Positions 63,081 through 64,000 of a stretch of 64,000 bases of DNA are shown here, in pieces (the stretch's first letter is position 1; the number at the start of each line of letters is the position of its first letter). The DNA comes from Callorhinchus milii. Lineage: Eukaryota. The notes under the pieces are model-generated. The model was given only the letters and a program-made list of their open reading frames with translations, was not told the origin of the DNA and searched no databases. Position numbers and translations under genes: made by a program. The stretch spans positions 60,142,001 to 60,206,000 of the forward strand of contig NW_024704742.1 of assembly GCF_018977255.1 (NCBI RefSeq), in the 5' to 3' direction.

Positions 63081-63804
63081 GAATATACAAAGGACTTTGT
63101 CCAGGTCAGGGTGGCATGTAACTTCAAGACAAATTTGGAGGTAATAGTATTCCCATGATACTTGAATTCTTTTCTGTTTAGCCTAGCAGATTGAATGTAA
63201 ATCAGGGAAATAATTCTCTGCTGTATATAAACAGGAATCTGTGGGCTTTTGAAAAAAATGATGATAATTCCTGGGCAAATTAAATGCCCGAAATTCCAAA
63301 TAATCTTAGTTTATAAAGCCACTTTTTCAAAAAAAAATGTAAGATCATCTAAAATTGTGGAAAGTTCTTAAATTCAGTCTTCTGTTGTTTTTTTCTCTTC
63401 TATTCTTCCTTGTTCCATGTTAAGGTTAGGTTTTTTTTTCAATTTATCTGCAAAGGGGTTGAATGTTGGAGACAGCAGGGTAAGTTATCCTTCCAGCTCT
63501 AGTGACAATGGACCCCATGGATTGTGGGTTGCAGGTAGAATGAACTCTTAGCTCAGGATACTACTTAGCAAGTAGCAAATATCTTGCAATTGCTGAACTG
63601 TATGGACCGTCATACAGACCATGGTCGAAAGCAAAACAATGAAGGCACAATTTATGATTTGGAAACAAGTTCATTCCTCTGCAGGTCCATGTCCATGCTG
63701 ATCACTGCAGAGTCTAGCCTGCAAATTTAATAGGGCAGATTCCATGGCACCGCTTTAGTGCTGCTCCTAATTTGAGTACATTGTATAGTACAATAGAATA
63801 TAAT

Positions 63805-63992
63805 ATTAATATAATAATGCTTGCATTTGATATATTGCCTTATCATGTCATTGAGATATCTCAAAGCTCTTCACAGAATATATTGTAAAGTGGATTGACT
63901 GTGTATTTTGTGGATGAAATGCAGCAGCCAATTGCGCATCACAAAGGGTCATCAACTGAGTGAAAACTTTTTTTTGGAGGGATTATTATCTC
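63805..63992 (-). mobile_element. SINE 3' part
   Basis: CTTGCATTTGATAT...GCAGCCAATTGCGCA...GGAGGGATTATTA. Confidence 0.85.
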
Positions 63993-64000
63993 CGGAAAGC

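Noticed and set aside
1..64000. CRISPR arrays, operons or other prokaryotic systems
   Set aside because: The sequence is vertebrate-type with low coding density; recurring motifs are dispersed SINE/LINE tails, not regularly spaced repeats.

Overview
Eukaryotic, AT-rich, repeat-dense vertebrate DNA. The repeat set (CR1 and L2 LINEs, Deu-domain SINEs, a young tRNA-headed SINE sharing the L2 3' tail) points to a cartilaginous fish, plausibly a holocephalan (inference). No host protein-coding gene could be recognised with confidence, so the window looks intronic or intergenic. All long ORFs in the track are LINE-derived. Main items: (1) a 162-bp decayed fragment of spliced ERC1/ERC2 (ELKS/CAST) mRNA flanked by an exact 8-bp direct repeat, with no poly(A) tail (25742-25903); (2) a young L2 RT segment with an open 465-aa frame nested in a CR1; (3) a SINE and an L2 sharing a covarying 3' stem-loop; (4) a degenerate Tigger/pogo element; (5) an LTR-like fragment; (6) several long hairpins and a ~125-bp palindromic repeat family; (7) a speculative phase-consistent 4-exon minus-strand ORF. 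Boundaries of old repeats are approximate and were read by eye.
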